DNA of 64,000 nucleotides from Perkinsus olseni (Eukaryota): NCBI GenBank assembly GCA_013115125.1, contig JABANN010000080.1, positions 1 to 64,000 of the forward strand, read 5' to 3'. Shown piece by piece: positions 24,443 to 37,442 of this stretch (position 1 is its first letter; each line of letters starts with the position of its first letter). The notes under the pieces were generated by a model. It saw only the letters and a program-made list of their open reading frames with translations, ran no database searches and was not told where the DNA came from. The position numbers and the translations under genes were made by a program.

Positions 24443-27295
24443 AAGAGGGAGAAAAAAAGCTGATGGAAACATCCGAAGTCAAACTGTTCATTTTCTCCGA
24501 CACAATGAGAGTCGTCAAGTTGTGGGCGATTCTGACCAGTTCGCAAGCTGGAATGGTTGCGCGAAATTCAGGAGAATCCACAAAAGGCTTCAATTGCATT
24601 CGGCTGCTGAAAGTATGGTATGCGACGCATACTTCGCTTCTATGTGCCTCACACGCGCACACGCATCAGCTAAGCTGATGTCTTCGGCGCTCGCCGGTCA
24701 CTGTCTACTTGCACGATTCGAAGGAGTGAGCATGTGCCTGACACTGTCAGGCTGTCAGTGATGAACCGAACTGAATTCGTTGGGTCTAAGCGACACGCTA
24801 TCTACCCGGCGAAGATGGAGCGTAGACCACTTAGAATGGCTCCTATCGCGACGACTTCAGGTGTCGGGAGGGTCCTTTTCCTTCTGATCGTGCCTGCGTG
24901 CATGATAAGACGCAAACGCAGAGCTTAGCTGGAGAGGGTAAGGAAGCATTGATGAGATTGGTCTCTGGGTGTTCCCTGAGGTCTGCTCATTAACCTTCTG
25001 ACACGAGGCTCTCCATGAGCTCTAGAATTGATTTGAAAGAGTGTGGAGAGCGGCAACTTGGAAAGTCTATTGGACATTCGGACTATTCCCTCGGCAGATA
25101 TCTGTGACATCTGCAGGATAACCTTCGATAGTAGACGAATGAGCGAATCATTATACTGAGCGAAGAACCGAATCTACTACAACTATCGAGCCCCTAATGG
25201 AGGGCCAGGCCCTCCGCGCGGTGTGACGGATGACGGGCGTTGTGGCTCGTTTTCGAAGGAGAACGCCCCGGCTAAGGGCCATAGAATGGACTCCAATGGA
25301 GTCACTTCATTCGGCATGGTGTGTGATGATTATATTATCTGCACGGAATTTTCGTGACGGAAACAGTCTGCGGTCTGCGCATTAAGAGGTCCGAATAAGG
25401 CTTATTTGGGAGCTTGTTGGCAGTTGCGCTGCCATCTAATGAGCGCTGCCACCTCACCGAGACGAATGCAGGACCGACGTTTCGATACCGTCAACTCACG
25501 CGGCAGCAGAAGCAGGAGTGGGACTCGAAGTTGTGAGTTCTCCTGCGCACATTAGAAGAGCATGAACATGAACTTTGCACAACAGAGGCAATCCCATGTA
25601 CTTCTCGCCCTATCGAGGACGTGTAGCTCATGTAGCGCATAGTACATTCTACGAGGAGTTACATCGCACGCTCTTGTCAAGAATTAGCGGCTGGCGGCTT
25701 AGGGTCTCATGGCGGGCGACTGGACGCTGTCCACGATGTATGTGAGGATCTCCCCGAACCGCGCTTATCTTGGTACCATGTCGGTGGTAGTTGTTTGACG
25801 TTACTACCGCTGCGTTCAATGACATTGAATCAATTCTCAAAAGCGCTACAGTCATCGCGTGCCGCAACTCGTGTCTCGCAACTCAGCTCGAGTTCTGGGC
25901 AGTACTTCGGGAGTATACATAGTCGGGGGAGCTACTGATTGAGAGACATCTTATGAAGCATGAGCCACACGCCGCATGTTGTATGATTAAGATCATTCCT
26001 ATTCTTAATCTTCGAGTTAACGCCAGGGGCCAGTGGTCATGAGCAGACGCAATACATAGGAGGATCTTTTTCCTTTTGGGATGGCTTGGAACGCACAGAG
26101 GTGTCACAATTGTGAAGCTCTCCAGCAGGAGAACGCCGCCCTTCGGAGCCAGTATTGCCGGCTCCTCGTCCACAGACATGCCACCCCCGCAGTTCTTCAG
26201 GCTTCTGGTGGCAGAAGTCAACCTGCGGGCGTCCGAGGCGGAGAGGAGGGAAGCAGAGGCTAGACTTGCTCTCTGCCTCGAACGCGCCAATCTGGCTAGG
26301 CAGGAACAGGGGTGAGATAGCTGATGCGTAGTTCCGTACTGTGGAGGCAACACCCCCACGAGAAAGACTACAAAATGGTGTGAAAACGTACACTGTATAC
26401 GACAATATCGACTACGCTGGCATGTATTCGCCCCTCCGTGCACTGGTACGTAACAGCATATGAGGGATAATACGCGACTTTGCCCACAGAACGATCTCAT
26501 TCTTTTGTGTGTCACACTCATGTTCACTCATCTCAGTGAGCTGTATTCAAGAACGTTCGTATGTGCGGGTCCGCCGCCATGCCACCTGATGGGCTATGTT
26601 TCTTGGAAACAAGATAAGCCAGATGACTTCCGACTGAGGCTGTTACAGCGTAAGTCTCCATGGGTCGCTTGATTGGCGCCGGATTGGAGCTGTTGTCCAG
26701 GAGAGGCTTATGGTGATGGTCACTGCCCTCCCGTCACTGTGACGGCGTCACAGTCTTCGTGCGGGGGAATGCTCAGCAGGTAAGTTGGAAGAATTGGGCT
26801 TCGGCGTCCGCATCGATGGGGGAGAAGTCATTTCCACTCGCTGATTGTTCGGCGTCGCAGGTTTTCGGGCGTCTAAATCAGGGCGACCTAGTTGAGATCA
26901 CGGACGCAGTTGAGCTTCTTGGGCAGGGTTACCGAGCCTTCCCACAAAATATTAGAAAACTCGAGTGGAAGAATGAGCGGACACCGGAAGTGAGGATAGC
27001 CGCGCGGTAGCGCTATCCTGGGATCTCTGTCTCAGAGGGCGGGTGTCGAGCCTCGCATTCCGAAGGAACAGTGGGGAAATAGATGGCCGAGGGGTAGACC
27101 TTATGGATGCAACCCAAATTATTAGCGGGCTTTGAGGTGCTTCTCAAGCAAAGCTTGAGTGAGGCCAATTCAAACGCCTCTATTTCCATGCTATTTTTCA
27201 CGATAAGTGTCGCATTGTTGCGTGGTAGTTGTGCTTATTATCATTGATATTTTTTGATGCTATATAAAGTACGTCATTGAATCGGCGACTAGTGC

Positions 27296-27900
27296 TTAGC
27301 TTACACTCGGCTGCAATGAAAGAGAGGAGTTCGCTGAGATCTCCTTTGCAAGGGCGTCGAGCTTCGTCGAAGCTGCTTCGACGGATGACGCTCCATCATG
27401 AGTGAAGGTCTCGCGAGAGAGCAAGTTCAAGCAAGTGCACGAATGATGGAAGAATGGGAGTGTTCCGCTACCGCAATCGCATTGTACCGGCGTACTAGGG
27501 CTCCCATAGCCATAGAGCGTGACAAGTCTCACTGCGATTGCCGACTTGGCACTGTTGTTTTTTTTAATCAAGTTGGTTGGGGGACACTAACGCATGCCGA
27601 GTTACCGTGGATCGTACCTGGCGGCATGATTAGTGTGACCAAGCGTACACTGGGGCTCGAGGCCCAAGGTAAGACCCTGAAAGGGTTCGGGCCTCGGGTT
27701 CACAGTGCTTGGTCCTCTCCCACACTCCCGACCAACTGTCCGCGCCGAGAGGCAGGGGGTTCCGAATAAGGGAACGGGCCTTGACTGCCGGGCTAATTGA
27801 GGCCGACAGTGAGCTCGACGGAGCCCTAAGAGTACGCGGCACGGGCCCTACGAGTTCACCGGAGATTCTCGCACGCATAAGTCAGTTTTTAGCCTCAGAT
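27296..27900 (-). pseudogene. Possible degenerate LINE ORF2 C-terminal fragment
   Basis: QCDCGSGTLPFFHHSCTC is a CCHC-like knuckle; frames are broken. Confidence 0.25.
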
Positions 27901-28890
27901 TTCGTGTGACCCGGCTCGATGAATTCGATCGCCCGATCCTTTGTTTCGTTGCACTACGTACAATTCTCGAGGAATTGCAGAGAAGTGTTCGGATCAAGCG
28001 TTTGCTCTGGTCGCGAGGTAGCTATATATAGTAGCAGTGGTATGATAGCACGCTTGCCGGTGTGTACCACTTCCATCTTTAAGAGGCTTAGTTTCAGACG
28101 AGCATAGAGCTACAGGTAAAATCAACCAGGTGACTGCGTCATGCAAAGCTTCAAGCATTATGCTTGCGATATGGGCGGAATGATTAGCATCCGATGATAT
28201 TTTGAAATCGTAGCGTGTTCGAATGATCACGATGTATCGCCTCCCATTGTGCAGAGCTTCTCCCCTGCTCGCGAGCATGCTCGTCGTCCTATTCCCTCAG
28301 CAGTCGCAATCTTACCTTCGGAAGTTGACCTTCCTGATACGAACAGTCGAGGGGGACTCCCTGGGCCCTTTTCACCGTTTAGCCAAGAATCTGATGTCTC
28401 CAGGTTATTGGGAGCCTTACGGTAAGGCCCTTCACCGAGGGAACTATCAATGAACTGGATAGTAGCGAATGCTCGACTTGGCGGCTTTGATGGTACCCCT
28501 TCTTACGAACACGACGCGAGAATGATATTTGATACCAAGGCCTTGAACAATGAGTCTGGGTGAAAAACTTTTCAGAGAGAGGTGGACACGGCTCGGCCCG
28601 GATAAAAAATGCAACCTTTGCAAGTACGCTGCGGGCTGAGAATTGACAGGAAAGCAAGAGACACCATCCATCTCTGCCATCGGGACTCATCGGAACCAGG
28701 CTGGTTCAACCAACCAACCGTAACAAAGCGGGTTTGAAGTTCAATTTTTGAGCATCTGTTTCTCTCAGGCCACGAGTTCGAGCGCAGCGCTCGGAGCGCT
28801 ACAGCGAAAGATGAAAAAGATCATGAAATCGTAAGCCTCAGTTGGCTACGAACACGCCAGCGAGATCTGTTATGAATATCATACATTATC

Positions 28891-30157
28891 CTATTTAGAC
28901 TTCTTGGCCAGAGCATATAAGAGAGAGCCTTTATCCCACGGATACAGATCTTGGGCCGAAATGTCATCCCCTTGAAGCATGACACCATGAAGCCCGGACT
29001 TGTCGGCCAAGTCAATCTTCTCGACTGCGCGAGGTTGGGAGAAGAAGTACAATGGAGGGTCCATATGATATCCGTTGTAGTAAGGCATTGACCCGTTCCC
29101 TCTGGGGTCCGCACCAGCATCATATACTGCATTGGAGTAGCCATAATACTGGACAAGGCATACGCGGAATGGGACGAAAAGAGGTATCTGAGGATGATCA
29201 TGATAGCTGCTATGATCTGTTGTCCACAAATTGTTGAAGTTTCTAGTGTGCTCTTGATACACGGCCGAATGCTCCGTGAATGGTCGGGATCACAAAACAT
29301 CTCCCAGTGGCCGCTTACCTCGAGGACGAACGTGTTGGGATGGACGCCAGCCTGGGTAGCGTTGCTGATGACCTTCTTCGCGAACTGATTTGAATTGAAT
29401 GGGGGAGAAGATTTATCACAGGACGGCCAGAGAAATGAAAAATAGGTGTCCGCGATCGTTCCCAAACCCTCCTTTTTCACGATTTGCCACTCATCAGCCA
29501 TGAACCTGAAAGGAGATTGAAAAGAGAACAAGATCGGCAGCATTCCGCGAGGCGTGGTTACTACGAAGATCATGAAGCGATTGTACGGCGAGTTGAACGG
29601 ATGCCTCACCTCAGTGCAGTCTCCAGGCCCAACTTCTTCGTAATTTCGAGTATTTCTCTCACCACTTCTATGCTTCCGTCTGGATCGTTGAGCCACAAAC
29701 TCAGCCGAAAACCATCGACAGGATAGCGCTTGATGAAATCTCTAGCACTGCTGAGGAAAGTCGTCCTGTTGAGGTCGGCAGGTCGATGGAAACCAAAATC
29801 GGCCAGTATCTTCCCGCCCTTTTCCTCCGATCTTCTCTTCACATACTGGAATTCATTCTCATTCCATGGGTGAGCAATGGGTTCCCAATCCAGTCTTATT
29901 GTACTGTTTTGTTTAATAGCGTATCCTCCAAAAACAAAGTTTTTAACCCCCATGGCGAGGAGTTGGTCGAAGTAGAACTGCCAGGTGTAGTTGAGCGTCG
30001 GACAGAGCGTACTGTTCCAGCATGTAGGATCTTCTTTCACGTCCCATGGGAACTTCACCTCTTTATAGAAGTGCACTGGGTTAGCGTTTGAGGCGATTAC
30101 CTCCATGACGGAGCAGCCGAGAATGTAGTACACGAACTGCACGGGGTTCGACATCAT
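28891..30157 (-). CDS. GH18 chitinase-like secreted protein, copy 2 (apparently intact, 2 introns)
   Basis: Signal peptide; GGKILADFG; FLSSARDFIKRYPVDGF; AVEKIDLADKSGLHGVML resemble GH18 TIM-barrel motifs; canonical DxDxE absent. Confidence 0.65.
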
Positions 30158-32277
30158 GTGGGCTAAAAGATAACCTCACGCTGATAAAACTAATACAGTG
30201 TGTTCCACAAACACTGTTTCTGGAACACAGCATGAACACTGTTCCATAGCGTAATATAGAACGCATACTCATGCGCGCGAGCGCAAGGGGTAGAATGAGG
30301 CTAGACGGTTATCTGAGACTAATGATACGCAGTAGCAGTGAAGATACTGGCAGCGATGGTAACCGCTGAGCAGTACTGAATTAGGTGACGGCTCGGCCAC
30401 CATGGCTGTTGCGTAGCGTATAGTCGCCACTATGTTGTCATTATAGTCCAGCATGATGCGTGATGCCCAACCAAGCACATGAGTGTGAGGGTGTGCAAAC
30501 TGTCCACATATACACAGCTAAGCTCAGTGTCATGATTAGGTGCAGAGGAGAGAATTATGGTTACGGCAACTCATGAATAACTGTCAATTAGTGCAGCCCG
30601 TTTTAATGATGCGGAGATATCGGTGTACGATACTGGTCCAGGCGAACTGTCCCGTGGTGTCCCCACGTCATCACGGTGGTGACGTGGGGACACCGCCATA
30701 CAATGGCCTCGTCTCCTCTGGATGAATTCTTGCTATCGTTGCATTTTCGGAAGATCCAGACCAGGCTGCGAGAGCCCCTCGACAGCGCGGTGTTATTAGC
30801 ACCGGTATGTCATCATCGCTGACAAGTACATTACGGATCATCGTGATCATCGTTATCTACTCTCCCATCATTCGCTGGTCAAACTCCGAGGTGTGACACC
30901 GTCCGGAACGCTAGCGAACTCAACAGCACTTCGCGTGAAGGCTGCCTCTTGGTATGTTCAGTGGAGGATCCCAGAACTGGGAATGCAAGCCAAGCGAGGA
31001 TGTTGATGGGCTATCGTCTGAGAGGTCACGTTCACGGATTACGTAACCTGCATCAGCAACCCGTGGATTGGCTCAGCGCAAGTAGGCTGTCATCTTCCTT
31101 GGAACTGGCTCAGTTCAACTGAGTCGCCGACCCTCAGTAATGCTGAGTCAGCATAAGTTAAGCCGGCAAGCTCTGACCAACGATAGATCCGATCTATGAG
31201 GTCGCGACGTTGTTCTCTGAATTCGCCGGATTCACCTCGTATGGTGCGAAACAGCAGGTACGAGTGGTACCTGCTGTTCCGTATTGTGATTCCCTTCACA
31301 GCGGAGTTTCGCTTCTTCTGAGTGTTGAATAGCTTTTCGCGGAAATGTTGTTGCAATACCATTTGGCTTCATAACGCACTCGTAGAGCGCAATAACGCGA
31401 AAAAGTCACGAGGCCTCCGTCGAATATGAAGGGCTCAACATTCATATTGCGCACTACCCGGCAGTTCTTTCTGAGGGTTACCCTCGGTTTGACCGTCAGC
31501 TTAGCCGCATCTTCACTGCTGATCCCGTTGTTGATGACGCCCGCGACGAAGGTGTGACCTGACCATCTGCTGGTAAGTTACTCGGATGCTGTTCATTAAT
31601 TTTGGCTGCCTGGCTCCGGTATGAAGTTAATGCTATCCCGAGGCTTCGTCACGAAACTTTCGCGGGGCCCTTCTCTGTCTACAATCTTGCTGAGGATTTC
31701 TTTGGAATTCTCGCTGAGGGGAGAGAGGCCTGAGGCCAGACGACTTCAATTCCCCATTTCCTCGAGAAGGTTCAGGGAGTTCTCATCCAAGCTGTCACCT
31801 TGGTTTGGCAATGCTCGGCCGGCGCTTCGACCAGGCCTCTGCCCTCTCTATGGATTTAATCCATATAATCCACTGGATTATATTCGCCGCGGTTGAATGT
31901 GTCCAGATGATGGGTTTTGATGCGCAATCTACTCTACAGTGAGCACTCCCAGATGGGTTTGACCTGTAGTTTCGAGTAGAATCCAATGGACGCCACCCAA
32001 GCCTTCCAGGTTCAGCACCGGGTGCTGCGGGGTCCCCACAGTTGCAGCCCGTCGCCTTCGACCAGTATGCCAGACCCACCAAATGGTTTATCCCTGTCTT
32101 CCTCAGAGATCTCTCTCAGTACCATATCGGTAAGCCAGAACGCTGTATCGATTACGGTCGATCAACCCAATGAATCACTGGCAGTGATTGCATCATGCGA
32201 TGCTTGCGAGCTTCTGGGTATCCGATGATATTCTGAAGTCGTAGCGTGCTCTTTTCATCACGATGTATCGCCTCCCA

Positions 32278-32730
32278 AAGGAAGCTTTCTTTATACATCG
32301 TGCTATACATGCCATGTACTACATGGTATAATCGCCACGTCTCTCAGCCCAAAGGGCGCCGGCTGTCACGCCAAGTTTACACAATAGTAGTCTTCAAAAA
32401 TCCTTCCATCGCCAGCTGCTGCGGTCTTCTCTAGCTGCTGTCATCCTCAATCCGAGTTGCCGCCGTCGTCCGAGAGTAGCGGCATCTTCTGAATTACAGG
32501 CTGCCACCACATCCATCGCTAAACAGGTGGGACGCCCTGCTGCGCAGCAGCAGCGAAGGTCACAACGGAAACGGTGCGCAGGAGCCCGACCAAACCCCAC
32601 AGCACTGGCCGCCGGGGTGACTTCCCTACGAATCCACAACGACGCGTGGGAGACGCAGAAAAAGAACTCCTTAATGGCAGTTCCGAACTTGGCTCGCTCA
32701 TCAGACCACCAGCAGCGGGTGGCGATTCGC
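32278..32730 (-). mobile_element. 5'-truncated non-LTR-type insertion with a 15-bp target-site duplication
   Basis: ATGTATCGCCTCCCA at 32263-32277 and 32731-32745; single uninterrupted copy in the paralogue at ~28232. Confidence 0.7.
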
Positions 32731-33419
32731 ATGTATCGCCTCCCATTGTGCAGAGCTTCGCCGATGCTCGCGTCGCGAGCCTCGCGAGTATGCTCGTACT
32801 CCACATCCTTCAACAGTGCATTCTCACCTTAGGAAGGTAGCCTTCCTGATATGAACAGGAGAGGGGAACTCCCTGGGCCCCTTTCGGATTCACCGATAAC
32901 CTGGTATGATACCAGGTATACCTCTCGCGACCAGAGATACCAGTGGTATCCTCTAGGTCATTCGAAGCCTTACCGAGCGAACTCCCCATGAACTGGATAA
33001 TATCCAGTGGATGCCCGGTTGGACGGTTTCGATGATACCCCTTCTAAGGCGAAGGTGTTACACCTTCTAATAGAAGTTCTAACGAACACGACGCGAGAAT
33101 GATACCGAAGCCTTGAACAATGAGTCTAGGTAGAAAAGGCGGGCATGGCTCGGCCCGGATGAAAAAGTGCGTATACCCTTAGCAAGTACACTGTGCACTG
33201 AAAATAGACAAGGAGGCAAGTGATGTCTCCGCTGTCGGATATGCATCGGAACCAACCGACGGTAACGAAGCTGGTTTGAACTACTGTTTCTCCCGAACGA
33301 CAAGTACGAGCTCTCCACCGGAAGGTGGAAAGATTATGAAATTGTAAGCCTCAGTTGGCGACGAAGACGCCAGCAGGAGGCCTGTTATGACTATGGTACA
33401 TTATCGGGTGATGATTACC

Positions 33420-33615
33420 CTATCTGAACTTTTTGGCCAGAGCATGTAAAAGCGAGTCTTTATTCCACGGATAAAGATCTTCAGTCCAACCGTCACCCCC
33501 CTTGAGCATGATACCGTTAAGCCCCCACTCGTCTGCCAAGTCAACCTTTTCGGCTATTCCCTCTGGGATCAGCACCATCATCATATACTGCACTGGAGTA
33601 GCCATAATCCTGTAG
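33420..33615 (-). pseudogene. GH18-like copy 3, C-terminal fragment with internal deletion
   Basis: EKVDLADEWGLNGIMLKGGDGWTEDLYPWNKDSLLHALAKKFR*. Confidence 0.75.
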
Positions 33616-34360
33616 GATAGCCTACATGCCCGCAGCCTGTAGGAACCCATGAATGACCGACAAATAGTGCAGCATGAATCGTTCTCATGCTTTGTGGCCA
33701 GTAGGATACCCGCCCAGACGATTCGTCTGGGACGAACTGTCCCGTGGTGACGGGGCGACCACGTCACCAGCATACAGAGAGAGGGAGTGTGGTTCATCCT
33801 CTCCTTCGTGTTGCTTGGATGTGTGCTTGCGATTGTAGTATGCTCAGAAGATGCAGAATAGTTCCGAGATCTATAATGTCCGATAACTGGGTGTTATCAG
33901 CACCGACGAGATCTGTCGTCACGGCTTCAAGCACGTTATGGATCGTCATTGTCTACTCTGGGCGGGCCGCGAATAACAGTTCGGCGGCGCTGGTATCAGT
34001 ATGAACAACTTCATCTTCCTGATGAGTCTTTCATCATGAATGGTGTTTACGAAAAAAACAGGATTTGCTCTACTTCGTCCCAACCGGGTCACCAGGTTGC
34101 TTGTCAGCTGGATTCAGGATACAATCTTGCGGCGAGAACCGTCTCGGGCTACCGCTGCTGCTGTTCCCAACCTGTTGTTTCAACGCGACAGACCCTTCCT
34201 TGGCCAGAGAGTAACCGCACAAGCACGAGGCAGCTCGCATCGGGCCTGCCGGACCTACTCGGCTCTATCCACCGATCGGACTACACCGGGTGTAGTACAC
34301 CCGCACTCCTAGGTGAGGAAGAGAAAAAATTATCGCAGATGAGCGGCCTACGGTAGAGTA

Positions 34361-35100
34361 CATTGGAGATGCACCCGTTGAACGCCATATCGCGTTAATA
34401 ACGATTTGATAAACGCGAAAAACGCGAATTGATAATCGACTTCATCACATCGCGAAAAAACGCTACTGAAAACCACCTTTTCGCGAAAATCACGAATCGT
34501 ATATCGAGTTATATCATGTTATGTGATATATCGCGCTATCGCGTTATATTCACAGCCGAGACCTGGTGCCACCAGGCTGGTGGTAACTGTGGTTTTCGCA
34601 TATATCGTATATATGATATATGCAATCTCCGCGGCTCGAACTTGGATCCTTCTCCCCTCGAATCTTGAAGGAAAATCTCGAAATGAAAGCCTTGAATCTT
34701 CCGCAACTCGCCTGCACGCCACTTCTGAATCGCGATCCGGAAAGGTAGTACGTGCGAAAGAGCGTGCAGCGAGCGTTCGGATCTCTGAAACGTTTTGATA
34801 TTCTCTACACAAAGTGCAGGTCCTGCACTGCAGGAGCAGGCTGCAGAGGAGGGGTGGGCTTTCTCCCAGGCCAGTGCGCGCGTGCCGAATTCTGGTGAAT
34901 CTAGATTTTCTGTATCATGAGCAAACAGGTATAGGAGTAGCCCCTAACATTTTTCTCTTTTTCGCTCCCAACCGGTTGAGTTTATCTGAGTTCGGGTGTG
35001 ATCTGATTACGATATCGCAGAACGTGATATGACATCGCGCAAAGCTCCGTGTTGTGTTAATCGCGAAAGCGTTTTTCGCGCGCGGTGTTACACGAATCAT
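34361..35100. mobile_element. CGCG-rich MITE-like element related to 35674-36258
   Basis: Starts TA|CATTGGAGATGCACCCGTT; internal block is an inverted homologue of atacctgtttgct.atgata.ag.aaatc in the second element. Confidence 0.5.
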
Positions 35101-35164
35101 TCGAGGCGAATGGTTCTGAGCCATAATTCCATCCACTACTCAAGCTGCCCATTCTGTCTTGTGG

Positions 35165-35345
35165 TGGAATCGTTGAGAAGGAGACAGCGTGACATCGTGC
35201 GCAGTAGATGCAGTAGACAGATTAGCTATATTAGCTAGCGGCCCGCATTCGCGCCAAGTCAGCGCGCGGCCCTCTCTTTACTTGGCCTCCCGACTTCCTA
35301 TGTTGAGTTCCGGAGTTAGAACTGAGGAGAGACGACTACATGTCT
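35165..35345 (+). repeat. Dispersed repeat; inverted copies at ~48900-49030 and ~57980-58075
   Basis: gattagctatattagctagcggcccgca.tcgcgcc..gtcag.gcgcg and cttggcctcccgact.cctatgt.gagttccg.agttagaactgagg are shared. Confidence 0.85.
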
Positions 35346-35673
35346 CCACCACGACCCTCTCTCGCCGAGTGGCTCGAAGTGTTGCTTTTATATTTCTTCC
35401 TTCTGCCGAGATCCACATCCGAGCGGCTGATCGTACCACCACCATCACACATGTCTCGCCACGGTGCGCCGTCTCGAACATCATCTCCAGGAGCCGACAA
35501 GTCAATTTCTTAGTAAAACATCAGTCCGTTGGTAACCATTTACTCAGTGGCCTCAGATTATCTGGCCATCATGGCCCACCAGCTAGATCTTCAGTTCTCC
35601 TCCAAAGAACAGTTTTCTCAATAATCAGCTATAGCTGCGCAATTTGCAACAACACATGCACTATAACTCAGTA

Positions 35674-36258
35674 CAGTGGAGTTTCACCTGTGTTGGGTGA
35701 AACGCTAGTGTAAAACGCATAACGCATAACGCAACGCGAAATAGACGAATTTAGAGCTCAAAACGCGAAAAACGCGTAGGCGTTAAACATACCGGTTGAC
35801 GGCGTCATCCGTAACGCGTTGGCATAACGCGCGAGAGGCAAAACACAATTAACAGCACAACAAAAAATTACGATTAGAATCACGATAGAAACTGAGCGGC
35901 AGGCCCAATACCTGTTTGCTGATGATAAAGGAAATCGAAGTTAGTTAAAATTCTACAAGCGCAAACCATCCTCGGGGCTATTCTCAGAGAATAATTCTCT
36001 TCTCTGTTGGTTGTGTTCGTGCAGTTAAGTCTCGTGATAGTGAGCGATTCCCACGTTGTGTTGAGTTTTACGCGTTTAACGCAACGCTTAACGCGGTAAA
36101 CACGTTATGACGCGTTATCGCGTTAGAGTTTTTCGCGATATTGCGTTTCACGTGTGCGTTATAACGCGAAGTGTTATCTCAACATAACATATCGCGTTTT
36201 TCGCGAAAAACACTTCGCGTAAAACTGGTTTACACGTTAAACAGGTGAAACTCCAGTG
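35674..36258. mobile_element. MITE with 18-bp terminal inverted repeats (Tc1/mariner-pogo-like CAGT end)
   Basis: CAGTGGAGTTTCACCTGT ... ACAGGTGAAACTCCAGTG (1 mismatch); TA on the left flank; AACGCG/CGCGTT subterminal repeats; no ORF. Confidence 0.7.
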
Positions 36259-36648
36259 TGGCTATTTGAGACGGGGCTCAAAGAGAGGTAAAACCGGATT
36301 CGAGAGGAGTTCGGGAAAACTGATCTAGTTTATGGATTTATGGTGAACGTATGTTCCATAGCATGACGAGGAACGCACGTGTTCACTGGGACGAACGTAC
36401 GTACTACGAGCAAAGACGCACAAAGGTGGGTACATAGCAGCAATGAAGGTAGTTGTCACTATAGTGCACACATGATACGATTTTCTTACATATCGATCGC
36501 CGATCGTGATTCAGTCCAGACACGCACTCCTCTGTTGACTACACACAATCCGATATGCTCCACACCATAAAAACACACACGTACAATCTAATAAAATAGC
36601 GATAAAACGAGATAGATAATTGGCCATTCAGTGGCTCATCAACCATGA

Positions 36649-37442
36649 CTACTCACGCTCTCTACCAGGTGGATTCATCTTTATTAAACCTCCTTGACTA
36701 TTCTGAAATGTCCAATTCCCGTCTCGAGCAGCCCGGATGGCTTGAAAAGACGCCCTGTGGTACTCTCTGCAAAGCTCTGGAAAAGTGCCGAAAGCGTCCT
36801 GTATAAACTGGAGCACAACCGCGCAAGCGGTTCGGTTCTTTCCCTCGGCTATGAAGAGGTCAAACCATTCTTGAAGCGTGGGATGTTCCTGCCCTGGCGG
36901 AGGTATGACGAGATTCAGATGTCTGAGTGGGTCCAGCCCAGTGTTGTTAGGGGGAGCGGCTTGGTCGAAAGAGTACATGCGAGGGCCCTTAAGACGGAAA
37001 TAAGGGTTGTACAACTTGACGGCGGGATTCTTCCAGTAACTGCAATATGGCCAAAACGATACAGTAGAATATCATAGGCCCTTCCTACTATGTTTGGAAT
37101 GCAACTTGGAGTTCAGTCCTCGGACATGAGATGCTTCCTGTTCGCACACGAGTCCCATCGAAGTAGCATTTCAGCGCTGCCCTGTGGGGTGGGCGTTTCA
37201 GCAGGTTGCTATATTCACAGTAAAGAGCGCTTCCGCTTTCGACGAGCTTTGCGTCTTGCTCCCGAGGGTAACCCTGAGAGTGAGAGCATTCAGTTTGCGA
37301 TGAGACAACAGGCACCGGGCGCGGCCCAGGTTCTTACGTCAGGGCCAGCGAAAAGGACTGTTTGGACTGCGGTACACAGGTAGAGGTTGGAAACCCAGGC
37401 CGCCGCCACTGATGCTCCTACGATGAGTTGCTTGGTCGACAT
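36649..37442 (-). CDS. Secreted lineage-specific protein (multi-exon, possibly degenerate)
   Basis: MSTKQLIVGASVAAAWVSNLYLCTA signal-like start, GT-AG introns, 121-aa terminal ORF. Confidence 0.5.

Larger units (their letters stand above)
28100..33620. repeat. Duplicated GH18 3' unit: 28100-29150 matches 32170-33620
   Basis: Shared blocks atgtatcgcctcccattgtgcagagcttc, gaacacgacgcgagaatgata, ccttgaacaatgagtct, gtaagcctcagttggc. Confidence 0.85.
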
